In this document: one piece after another, positions 1 through 14,665 of the stretch | Layout of the letters: every line of letters starts with the position of its first letter | Position numbering within the stretch: position 1 is the first letter of the stretch | Assembly: GCF_009914755.1 (NCBI RefSeq) | Contig: NC_060937.1 | DNA from: the human T2T-CHM13v2.0 reference genome, Homo sapiens | Direction: 5' to 3' (one strand) | Length of the DNA stretch: 64,000 bases | Position numbers and translations under genes: made by a program | Notes under the pieces: generated by a model | Database searches by the model: none | What the model was told of the DNA's origin: nothing | What the model saw: only the letters and a program-made list of their open reading frames with translations

Positions 1-808
1 TATTATATACTGTACATAAAATATCAAAATTCCCAAAATATATATTATATACTGTACATAAAATACAAAAGTACCCAAAGTATATATTATATACCGTACA
101 AAAAATATCAAAGTAGCCAAAATATGTATTATACACTGTACATAATATATGAAAGTACCCAAACATTTATAATAAACTGTACATAAAATATCAATGTACT
201 CAAACTATATATTATGTGCGGTACATAAGATATCAAAGTACCCATACTATATAGTATATACTGTACTTAAAATATCAAAATACCCAAAATATATATTATA
301 TACGTTACATAAACTATCAAGTACACAAAGTATGTATTATATACTGTACATAAAATAGCAAAGTTCCCAAAATATGTAATATATATATTATAAATATGTA
401 CATAAAATATGAAAGTATCCAACCATTTATAATAAACTCTACATAAAACACCAAAGTACCCAAACTGTGTATTATATACTGTCCATAAAATATCAAAGTA
501 CCCAAAATATATATTGTAAACTGTACATAAAATATCAAAGTAGCCAAAATACATATTGTATACTGTACATAAAATATAAAAGTACCCCAAATATATATTA
601 TATACTGTACATAAAATATCAAAGTACCCATAATACATATTATATACTGTACATAAAATATCAAAGGACCCAAAATAAACATTATATACTGTACATAAAA
701 TATCCAAATACTCAAAATATATATTACATACTGTACATAAAATATCAAAGTACCCAAATTATGTATTATATACTGTACGTAAAATATCAGAGTACCCAAA
801 ATATGCAT

Positions 809-3150
809 TATATACTGTACATAAAATATGAAAGTAACAAAACATTTATAATAAACTGTACATAAAATATCAAAGTACTCAAACTATATATCATATACTG
901 TACATAAAATATCAAAGTACCCAAAATATATATTGTATACTGTACATAAAATATGAAGGTACATCAAAGATATATTATATTCTGTACATAAAATATCAAA
1001 CTACACCAAATATATATTATATCCTGTACATAATATATTAAAGTTGCCCATATATACATTCTATACTGTACATAAAATATGAACGTACATCAAATATATA
1101 GTATATGCTGCACATAAAATATCAAAGTACCCAAAGTATGTATTATACACTGTACATAAAATATCAAAGTACCAAAAGTATATATTACATACTGTAAATA
1201 AAATATGAAGGTACCTCAAATATATATTATATTCTATACATAAAATATCAAAGTACACCAAGTATATACTATATACTCTGCATAAAATATTAAATTACCC
1301 AAAATATGTATTGCATTGTGTACATAAAATATGAAAGTAACCAAACGTTTATAATAAACTGTACATAAAATATCAAAGTACTCAAACTGTATATTATATA
1401 CTGTACATAAAGTATCAAAGTACCCAAACTGTGTAGTATATATTGTACATAAAATATCAAGGTACCCAAAATATATATTGTAAACTGTAGATAAAATATC
1501 AAAGTAACCAAAATATATATTATATACTGTACATGAAATATGAAGGCACATCCAATATATATTATACTCTGTACATAAAATATCAAAGTACACCAAATGT
1601 ATATTATATACTGTACATAAAATATGAAAGTACCCAAAGTGTATATTATATACTGTACATAAACTATGAAGGTTCATCAAATATATTTTATATTCTGCAC
1701 ATAATATATCAAAGTACAGCAAATATATATTATATACTGTACATAAAATATCAAAGTACCCAAAATATGTATTATATACTGTACATAAAATATGAAAGTA
1801 AGCAAACATTTATAATAAACTGTACATAAAGTATCAAAGTACTCAAACTACATATTATATACAGTATATAAAATATCAAAGTACCCAAACTGTATATTAT
1901 ATACTGTACATAATATATCAAAGTACCCGAATATATAGCATACTCCACATAAAATATCAAAGTACCCAAAGTTTGTATTATACACTGCACATAAAATATG
2001 GAGGTACATCAAAGATATATTATATTCTGTACATAAAATATCAAAGTACACCAAATATATATTATATGCTGTACATAATATATTAAAGTCGACCAAATAT
2101 ATATTATATACTGTACATAAAATATGAAGGTACATCAAATATATATTATATGCTGCACATAAAATATCAAAGTACCCAAAGTATGTGTTATATACTGTAC
2201 ATAAAATATCAAAGTACCCAAAGTATATATTATAAACTGTACATAAAATATAAAATACCCCAAATATATATTATATGCTCTACATAAAATATCAAAGTAC
2301 ACAAAATATGTATTATATACTGTACATAAAATACCAAAGGACCCAAAATATATATTATATACTGTACATAAAATATCAAAATACCCAAAATATATATTAT
2401 ATACTGTACATAAAATACCAAAGTACCCAAAGTATATATTATATACCGTACAAAAAATATCAAAGTAGCCAAAATATGTATTATACACTGTACATAATAT
2501 ATGAAAGTACCCAAACATTTATAATAAACTGTACATAAAATATCAATGTACTCAAACTATATATTATGTGCGGTACATAAGATATCAAAGTACCCATACT
2601 ATATAGTATATACTGTACTTAAAATATCAAAATACCCAAAATATATATTATATACGTTACATAAACTATCACATACACAAAGTATGTATTATATACTGTA
2701 CATAAAATAGCAAAGTTCCCAAAATATGTATTATATACTGTACATAAAATATGAAAGTACCCAACCATTCATAATAAAGTCTACATAAAATACCAAAGTA
2801 CCCAAACTGTGTATTATATACTGTCCATAAAATATCAAAGGACCCAAAATATATATTGTAAACTCTACATAAAATATCAAAGTAGCCAAAATACATATTG
2901 TATACTGTACATAAAATATAAAAGTACCCAAAATATATATTATATACTGTACATAAAATATCAAAGTACCCATAATACATATTATATACTGTACATAAAA
3001 TATCAAAGGACCCAAAATAAACATTATATACTGTACATAAAATATCCAAATACTCAAAATATATATTACATACTGTACATAAAATATCAAAGTACCCAAA
3101 TTATGTATTATATACTGTACGTAAAATATCAGAGTACCCAAAATATGCAT
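809..3150 (+). repeat. HOR unit U1: type A lacking 16 monomers (2342 bp)
   Basis: Units are delimited by the once-per-HOR monomer ATCAGAGTACCCAAAATATGCAT (anchors at 808 and 3150). 3013-671=2342; the junction lies near 900-925. Confidence 0.85.
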
Positions 3151-6100
3151 TATATACTGTACATAAAAAATGAAAGTAACAAAACATTTATAATAAACTG
3201 TACATAAAATATCAAAGTACTCAAACTATATATCATATACTGTACATAAAATATCAAAGTACCCAAACTGTGTATTATTATATACTGTATATAAAATATC
3301 AAAGTACCTGAAATATATATTGTATACTGTACATAAAATATCAAAGTACCCAAAATATATACTATATACTGTACATAAAATATGAAGGTACATCAAATAT
3401 ATATTATATCCTGTACATAAAATATCAAAGTACACCTATTATATATTGTGTACTGTACATAATATATTAAATCGCCCAAATATATATCGTATACTGTATA
3501 TAAAATATGAAGGTACTTCAAATATATATTGTATGCTGCACATAAAATATCAAAGTACCCAAAGAATGCATTACATACTGTACATAAAATATCAAGGTAC
3601 ACAAATTATATATTATATACTGTACATAAAATATGTAGGTTCATCAAATATATTTTATATTCTGTACATAATATATCAAAGTACATCAAATATATATTAT
3701 ATACTGTACATAAAATATCAAAGTACCCAAAATATGTATTATATACTGTACATAAAACATGAAAGTAACCAAACATTTATAATAAACTGTACATAAAATA
3801 TCAAAGTACTCAATCTACATATTATATACAGTATATAAAATATCAAGGTACACAAACTGTATAATATATACTGCACATAATATATCAAAGTACCCAGAAT
3901 ATATAGCATACTGTACATAAAATATCAAAGTACCCAAAATATATACTATATACTGTACATAAAATATGAAGGTACATCAAATATATATTATATCCTGTAC
4001 ATAAAATATCAAAGTACACCTATTATATATTGTGTACTGTACATAATATATTAAATCGCCCAAATATATATTGTATACTGTATATAAAATATGAAGGTAC
4101 TTCAAATATATATTATATGCTGCACATAAAATATCAAAGTACCCAAAGAATGCATTACATACTGTACATAAAATATCAAAATACACATGTTATCTATTAT
4201 ATAATGTACATAAAATATGAAGGTTCATCAAATATATATTATATTCTGTACATAATATATCAAAGTACATCAAATATATATTATATACTGTACATAAAAT
4301 ATCAAAGTACCAAAAATATGTATTATATACTGTACATAAAACATGAAAGTAACCAAACATTTATAATAAACTGTACATAAAATATCAAAGTACTCAATCT
4401 ACATATTATATACAGTATATAAAATATCAAAGTACACAAACTGTATATTATATACTGTACATAATATATCAAAGTACCCAGAATATATAGCATACTGTAC
4501 ATACAATATCAAAGTACCCAGAATGTATATTGTATTCTGTACATAAAATATGAATGTACATCAAAGATATATTATATTCTGTACATAAAATATCAAAGTA
4601 CACCAAATATATATTATATGCTGTACATAATATATTAAAGTTGCCCATGCATACATTTTATACTGTACATAAAATATGAAGGTACATCAAATATATAGTA
4701 TATGCTGCACATAAAATATCAAAGTACCCAAAGTATGTATTATATACTGTACATAAAATATCAAAGTACCAAAAGTATATATTACCTACTGTAAATAAAA
4801 TATGAAGATACCTCAAATATATATTATATTCTGTATATGAAATATCAAAGTACACCAAGTATATACTATATAGTCTACATAAAATATTAAATTACCCAAA
4901 ATATGTATTGTATTGTGTACATAAAATATGAAAGTAACCAAACATTTATAATAAACTGTACATAAAATATCAAAGTACTCAAACTTTATATTATATACTG
5001 TACATAAAGTATCAAAGTACCCAAACTGTGTAGTATATACTGTACATAAAATATCAAGGTACCCAAAATGTATATTGTAAACTGTAGATAAAATATCAAA
5101 GTACCCAAAATATATATTATATACTGTACATAAAATATGAAGGCTCATCCAATATATATTATATTCTGTACATAAAATATCAAAGTACACCAAATGTATA
5201 TTATATACTGTACATAAAATATAAAACTACCCCAAATATATCTTATATACTCTACATAAAATATCAAAGTACCCAAAATATATATTATATACTGTACATA
5301 AAATATCAAAGTACCCATAGTATGTATTATATCCTGTACATAAAATATGAAGGTACATCAAATATATATTCTATTCTGCACATAAAATATCATATTGCAC
5401 CAAATATATATTGTATACTGTATATAAAATATGAAGGTACTTCAAATATATATTATATGCTGCACATAAAATATCAAAGTACCCAAAGTATGCATTATAT
5501 ACTGTACATAAAATATCAAAGTACCCAAAGTGTATATTATATACTGTACATAAAATATGAAGGTTCATCAAATATATTTTATATTCTGCACATAATATAT
5601 CAAAGTACAGCAAATATATATTATATACTGTACATAAAATATCAAAGTACCCAAAATATGTATTATATACTGTACATAAAATATGAAAGTAACCAAACAT
5701 TTATAATAAACTGTACATAAAATATCAAAGTACTCAAACTACATATTATATACAGTATATAAAATGTCAAAGTACCCAAACTGTATATTATATACTGTAC
5801 ATAATATATCAAAGTACCCGAATATATAGCATACTGTACATAAAATATCAAAGTACCCAAAATATATATTGTATACTGTACATAAAATATGAAGGTACAT
5901 CAAAGATATATTATATTCTGTACATAAAATATCAAAGTACACCAAATATATATTATATGCTGTACAGAATATATTAAAGTCGACCAAATATATATTATAT
6001 ACTGTACATAAAATATGAAGGTACATCAAATATATATTATATGCTGCACATAAAATATCAAAGTACCCAAAGTATGTATTATATACTGTACATAAAATAT

Positions 6101-6624
6101 CAAAGTACCCAAAGTATATATTATATACTGTACATAAAATATAAAATACCCCAAATATATATTATATCCTGTACATAAAATATCAAAGTACCCAAAATAT
6201 ATATTGTAAATTGTACATAAAATATCAAAGTAGCCAAAATATATATTGTATACTGTACATAAAATATGAAGGTACATCAAATATATATTATATCCTGTAC
6301 ATAAAATATCAAAGTACCCAAAATATATATTGTAAATTGTACATAAAATATCAAAGTAGCCAAAATATATATTGTATACTGTACATAAAATATAAAAGTA
6401 CCCCAAATATGTATTATATACTGTACATAAAATATCAAAGTACCGATAATACATATTATATACTGTACATAAAATATCAAAGGACCCAAAATAAACATTA
6501 TATACTGTACATAAAATATCCAAATACTCAAAATATATATTACGTACTGTACATAAAATATCAAAGTACCCAAATTATGTATTATATACTGTACGTAAAA
6601 TATCAGAGTACCCAAAATATGCAT
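3151..6624 (+). repeat. HOR unit U2: type B with +14-mer duplication, 13-mer deletion and +3-mer duplication (3474 bp)
   Basis: 3307+584-543+126=3474. Matching ORFs at 3393 and 3977 are offset by 584. GTAAATTGTAC occurs at 6206 and 6332. Confidence 0.8.
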
Positions 6625-9259
6625 TATATACTGTACATAAAATATGAAAGTAACAAAACATTTATAATAAACTGTACATAAAATATCAAAGTACTCAAAC
6701 TATATATCATATACTGTACATAAAATATCAAAGTACCCAAACTGTATATTATTATATACTGTATATAAAATATCAAAGTACCTGAAATATATATTGTATA
6801 CTGTACATAAAATATCAAAGTACCCAAAATATATACTATATACTGTACATAAAATATGAAGGTACATAAATATATATTATATCCTGTACATAAAATATCA
6901 AAGTACACCTATTATATATTGTGTACTCTACATAATATATTAAGTCGCCCAAATATATATTGTATACTGTATATAAAATATGAAGGTACTTCAAATATAT
7001 ATTATATGCTGCACATAAAATATCAAAGTACCCAAGGTATGCATTACATACTGTACATAAAATATCAAAGTACACATATTATATATTATATAATATACAT
7101 AAAATATGAAGGTTCATCAAATATATATTATATTCTGTACATAATATATCAAAGTACATCAAATATATATTATATACTGTACATAAAATATCAAAGTACC
7201 AAAAATATGTATTATATACTGTACATAAAATATGAAAGTAACCAAACATTTATAATATACTGTACATAAAATATCAAAGTACTCAGTCTACATATTACAT
7301 ACAGTATATAAAATATCAAAGTACACACACTGTATATTATATACTGTACATAATATATCAAAGTACCCAGAATATATAACATACTGTACATAAAATATCA
7401 AAGTACCCGAAATATATATGGTATACTGTACATAAAATATGAAGGTACATCAAAGATATATTATATTCTGTACATAAAATATCAAACTACACCAAATATA
7501 TATTATATGCTGTACATAATATATTAAAGTTGCCCAAATACACATTCTATACTGTACATAAAATATGAACGTACATCAAATATATAGTATATGCTGCACA
7601 TAAAATATCAAAGTACCCAAAGTATGTATTATACACTGTACATAAAATATCAAAGTACCAAAAGTATATATTACATACTGTAAATAAAATATGAAGGTAC
7701 CTCAAATATATATTATATTCTGTACATAAAATATCAAAGTCCACCAAGTATATACTATATACTCTGCATAAAATATTAAATTACCCAAAATATGTATTGC
7801 ATTGTGTACATAAAATATGAAAGTAACCAAACATTTATAATAAACTGTACATAAAATATCAAAGTACTCAAACTGTATATTATATACTGTACATAAAGTA
7901 TCAAAGTACCCAAACTGTGTAGTATATACTGTACATAAAATATCAAGGTACCCAAAATATATATTGTAAACTGTAGATTAAATATCAAAGTACCCAAAAT
8001 ATATATTATATACTGTACATAAAATATGAAGGCACATCCAATATATACTATATTCTGTACATAAAATATCAAAGTACACCAAATGTATATTATATACTGT
8101 ACATAAAATATCAAAGTACCCAAAGTGTATATTATATACTGTACATAAAATATGAAGGTTCATCAAATATATTTTATATTCTGCACATAATATATCAAAG
8201 TACAGCAAATATATATTATATACTGTACATAAAATATCAAAGTACCCAAAATATGTATTATATACTGTACATAAAATATGAAAGTAACCAAACATTTATA
8301 ATAAACTTTACATAAAGTATCAAAGTACTCAAACTACATATTATATACAGTATATAAAATATCAAAGTACCCCAACTGTGTATTATATACTGTACATAAT
8401 ATATCAAAGTACCCAAATATATAGCATACTGTACATAAAATATCAAAGTACCCAAAATATATATTATATACTGTACATAAAATATCAAAATACCCAAAAT
8501 ATATATTATATACTGTACATAAATTACCAAAGTACCCAAAGTATATATTATGTAACGTACAAAAAATATCAAAGTAGCCAAAATATGTATTATACACTGT
8601 ACTTAATATATGAAAGTACCCAAACATTTATAATAAACTGTAAATAAAATATCAATGTACTCAAACTATATATTATGTGCGGTACATAAGATATCAAAGT
8701 ACCCATGCTATATAGTATATACTGTACTTAAAATATCAAAATACCCAAAATATATATTATATACGTTACATAAACTATCAAATACACAAAGTATGTATTA
8801 TATACTGTACATAAAATAGCAAAGTTCCCAAAATATGTATTATATACTGTACGTAAAATATGAAAGTACCCAACCATTTATAATAAACTCTACATAAAAT
8901 ACCAAAGTACCCAAACTGTGTATTATATACTGTCCATAAAATATCAAAGGACCCAAAATATATATTGTAAACTCTACATAAAATATCAAAGTAGCCAAAA
9001 TACATATTGTATACTGTACATAAAATATAAAAGTACCCCAAATATATATTATATACTGTACATAAAATATCAAAGTACCCATAATACATATTATATACTG
9101 TACATAAAATATCAAAGGACCCAAAATAAACATTATATACTGTACATAAAATATCCAAATACTCAAAATATATATTACATACTGTACATAAAATATCAAA
9201 GTACCCAAATTATGTATTATATACTGTATATAAAATATCAGAGTACCCAAAATATGCAT
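6625..9259 (+). repeat. HOR unit U3: type A lacking 9 monomers (2635 bp)
   Basis: 3013-377-1. The GTCGAC-bearing block is absent; junction near 8430-8460; 1-bp deletion near 6867. Confidence 0.85.
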
Positions 9260-11643
9260 TATATACTGTACATAAAATATGAAGGTACATCAAATATATA
9301 GTATATGCTGCACATAAAATATCAAAGTACCCAAAGTATGTATTATATACTGTACATAAAATATCAAAGTACCAAAAGTATATATTACCTACTGTAAATA
9401 AAATATGAAGATACCTCAAATATATATTATATTCTGTACATAAAATATCAAAGTGCACCAAGTATATACTATATACTCTACATAAAATATTAAATTACCC
9501 AAAATATGTATTGTATTGTGTACATAGAATATGAAAGTAACCAAACATTTATAATAAACTGTACATAAAATATCAAAGTACTCAAACTTTATATTATATA
9601 CTGTACATAAAGTATCAAAGTACCCAAACTGTGTAGTATATACTGTACATGAAATATCAAGGTACCCAAAATGTATATTGTAAACTGTAGATAAAATATC
9701 AAAGTACCCAAAATATATATTATATACTGTACATAAAATATGAAGGCACATCCAATATATATTATATTCTGTACATAAAATATCAAAGTACACCAAATGT
9801 ATATTATATACTGTACATAAAATATAAAACTACCCCAAATATATCTTCTATACTCTACATAAAATATCAAAGTACCCAAAATATATATTATATACTGTAC
9901 ATAAAATATCAAAGTACCCATAGTATGTATTATATCCTGTACATAAAATATGAAGGTACATCAAATATATATTCTATTCTGCACATAAAATATCATATTG
10001 CACCAAATATATATTGTATACTGTATATAAAATATGAAGGTACTTCAAATATATATTATATGCTGCACATAAAATATCAAAGTACCCAAAGTATGCATTA
10101 TATACTGTACATAAAATATCAAAGTACCCAAAGTGTATATTATATACTGTACATAAATTATGAAGGTTCATCAAATATATTTTATATTCTGCACATAATA
10201 TATCAAAGTACAGCAAATATATATTATATATTGTACATAAAATAACAAAGTACCAAAAATATGTATTATATACTGTACATAAAATATGAAAGTAACCAAA
10301 TATTTATAATAAACTGTATATAAAATATCAAAGTACTCAAACTACATATTATATACAGTATATAAAATATCAAAGTACCCAAACTATATATTATATACTG
10401 TACATACTATATCAAAGTACCCAAATATATAGCATACTGTCCATAAAATATCAAAGTACCCAATATATATATTGTATACTGTACATAAAATATGAAGGTA
10501 CATCAAAGATATATTATATCCTGTACATAAAATATCAAAGTACACCAAATATATATTATATGCTGTACATAATATATTAAAGTCGACCAAATATATATTA
10601 TATACTGTACATAAAATATGAAGGTACCTCAACTATATATTATATGCTGCACATAAATTATCAAAGTACCCAAAGTATGTATTATATACTGTACATAAAA
10701 TATCAAAGTACCCAAAGTATATATTATATACTGTACATAAAATATAAAATACCCCAAATATATATTATATGCTGTACATAAAATATCAAAGTACACAAAA
10801 TATGTATTATGTACTGTACATACAATATAAAGGACCCAAAATATATACTATATACTGTACATAAAATATCAAAATACCCAAAATATATATTATATACTGT
10901 ACATAAAATACCAAAGTACCCAAAGTATATATTATATACCGTACAAAAAATATCAAAGTAGCCAAAATATGTATTATACACTGTACATAATATATGAAAG
11001 TACCCAAACATTTATAATAAAGTGTACATAAAATATCAATGTACTCAAACTATGTATTATGTGCGGTACATAACATATCAAATTATCCATACTATATAGT
11101 ATGTACTGCACTTAAAATATCAAAATACCCAAAATATATATTATATACGTTACATAAACTATCAAATACACAAAGTATGTATTATATACTGTACATAAAA
11201 TAGCAAAGTTCCCAAAATATGTATTATATACTGTACATAAAATATGAAAGTACCCAACCATTTATAATAAACTCTACATAAAATACCAAAGTACCCAAAC
11301 TGTGTATTATATACTGTCCATAAAATATCAAAGTACCCAAAATATATATTGTAAACTCTACATAAAATATCAAAGTAGCCAAAATACATATTTTATACTG
11401 TACATAAAATATGAAAGTACCCCAAATATGTATTATATACTGTACATAAAATATCAAAGTACCCATAATACATATTATATACTGTACATAAAATATCAAA
11501 GGACCCAAAATAAACATTATATACTGTACATAAAATATCCAAATACTCAAAATATATATTACGTACTGTACATAAAATATCAAAGTACCCAAATTATGTA
11601 TTATATACTGTACATAAAATATCAGAGTACCCAAAATATGCAT
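9260..11643 (+). repeat. HOR unit U4: type B lacking ~22 monomers (2384 bp)
   Basis: The anchor monomer joins directly to GAAGGTACATCAAATATATAGTATATGC near 9280. B markers TTACCTACTG and ATCATATTGCACC are present. Confidence 0.85.
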
Positions 11644-14600
11644 TATATACTGTACATAAAATATGAAAGTAACAATACATTTATAATAAACTGTACAAAA
11701 AATATCAAAGTACTCAAACTATATATCATATACTGTACATAAAATATCAAAGTACCCAAACTGTGTATTATTATATACTGTATATAAAATATCAAATACC
11801 TGAAATATATATTGTATACTGTACATAAAATATCAAAGTACCCAAAATATATACTATATACTGTACATAAAATATGAAGGTACATCAAATATATATTATA
11901 TCCTGTACATAAAATATCAAAGTACACCTATTATATATTGTGTACTGTACATAATATATTAAATCGCCCAAATATATATTGTATACTGTATATAAAATAT
12001 GAAGGTACTTCAAATATATATTATATGCTGCACATAAAATATCAAAGTACCCAAAGTATGCATTACATACTGTACATAAAATATCAAAGTACACATATTA
12101 TATATTATATAATGTACATAAAATATGAAGGTTCATCAAATATATATTATATTCTGTACATAATATATCAAAGTACATAAAATATATATTATATACGGTA
12201 CATAAAATATCAAAGTACCAAAAATATGTATTATATACTGTACATAAAACATGAAAGTAACCAAACATTTATAATAAACTGTACATTAAATATCAAAGTA
12301 CTCAATGTACATAATATATACAGTATATAAAATATCAAAGTACACAAACTGTATATTATATACTGTACATAATATATCAAAGTACCCAGAATATATAGCA
12401 TACTGTACATAAAATATCAAAGTACCCAAAATATATATTGTATACTGTACATAAAATATGAAGGTACATCAAAGATATATTATATTCTGTACATAAAATA
12501 TCAAAGTACACCAAATATATATTATATGCTGTACATAGTATATTAAAGTTGCCCGTATATACATTATATACTGTACATAAAATATGAACGTACATCAAAT
12601 ATATAGTATATGCTGCACATAAAATATCAAAGTACCCAAAGTATGTATTATACACTGTACATAAAATATCAAAGTACCAAAAGTATATATTACATACTGT
12701 AAATAAAATATGAAGGTACCTCAAATATATATTATATTCTGTACATAAAATATCAAAGTACACCAAGTATATACTATATACTCTGCATAAAATATTAAAT
12801 TACCCAAAATATGTATTGTATTGTGTACATAAAATATGAAAGTAACCAAACATTTATAATAAACTGTACATAAAATATCAAAGTACTCAAACTGTATATT
12901 ATATACTGTACATAAAGTATCAAAGTACCCAAACTGTGTAGTATATACTGTACATAAAATATCAAGGTACCCAAAATATATATTGTAAACTGTAGATAAA
13001 ATATCAAAGTACCCAAAATATATATTATATACTGTACATAAAATGTGAAGGCACATCCAATATATATTATATTCTGTACATAAAATATCAAAGTACACCA
13101 AATGTATATTATATACTGTACATAAAATATCAAAGTACCCAATGTGTATATTATATACTGTACATAAAATATGAAGGTTCATCAAATATGTTTTATATTC
13201 TGCACATAATATATCAAAGTACAGCAAATATATATTATATACTGTAAATAAAATATCAAAGTACCCAAAATATGTATTATATACTGTACATAAAATATGA
13301 AAGTAACCAAACATTTATAATAAACTGTACATAAAGTATCAAAGTACTCAAACTACATATTATATACAGTATATAAAATGTCAAAGTACCCAAACTGTAT
13401 ATTATATACTGTACATAATATATCAAAGTACCCGAATATATAGCATACTGTACATAAAATATCAAAGTACCCAAAGTGTGTTTTATACACTGCACATAAA
13501 ATATGAAGGTACATAAAATATATATTGTATTCTGTACATAAAATATCAAAGTACTCCAAATATATATTATATGCTGTACATAATATATTAAAGTCGCCCA
13601 AATATATATTATATACTGTGCATAAAATATGAAGGTACATCAAATATATATTATATGCTGCACATAAAATATCAAAGTACCCAAAGTATGTGTTATATAC
13701 TGTACATAAAATATCAAAGTACCCAAAGTATATATTATATACTGTACATAAAATATAAAATACCCCAAATATATATTATATGCTGTACATAAAATATCAA
13801 AGTACACAAAATATGTATTATATACTGTACATAAAATACCAAAGGACCCAAAATATATATTATATACTGTACATAAAATATCAAAATTCCCAAAATATAT
13901 ATTATATACTGTACATAAAATACCAAAGTACCCAAAGTATATATTATATACCGTACAAAAAATATCAAAGTAGCCAAAATATGTATTATACACTGTACAT
14001 AATATATGAAAGTACCCAAACATTTATAATAAACTGTACATAAAATATCAATGTACTCAAACTATATATTATGTGCGGTACATAAGATATCAAAGTACCC
14101 ATACTATATAGTATATACTGTACTTAAAATATCAAAATACCCAAAATATATATTATATACGTTACATAAACTATCAAGTACACAAAGTATGTATTATATA
14201 CTGTACATAAAATAGCAAAGTTCCCAAAATATGTAATATATATATTATAAATATGTACATAAAATATGAAAGTATCCAACCATTTATAATAAACTCTACA
14301 TAAAACACCAAAGTACCCAAACTGTGTATTATATACTGTCCATAAAATATCAAAGTACCCAAAATATATATTGTAAACTGTACATAAAATATCAAAGTAG
14401 CCAAAATACATATTGTATACTGTACATAAAATATAAAAGTACCCCAAATATATATTATATACTGTACATAAAATATCAAAGTACCCATAATACATATTAT
14501 ATACTGTACATAAAATATCAAAGGACCCAAAATAAACATTATATACTGTACATAAAATATCCAAATACTCAAAATATATATTACATACTGTACATAAAAT

Positions 14601-14665
14601 ATCAAAGTACCCAAATTATGTATTATATACTGTACGTAAAATATCAGAGTACCCAAAATATGCAT
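11644..14665 (+). repeat. HOR unit U5: full type A with 10-bp insertion (3022 bp)
   Basis: 3013-1+10. The 1-bp deletion is ATCAAATACCTG near 11795; the insertion is near 14235-14255. Confidence 0.85.
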
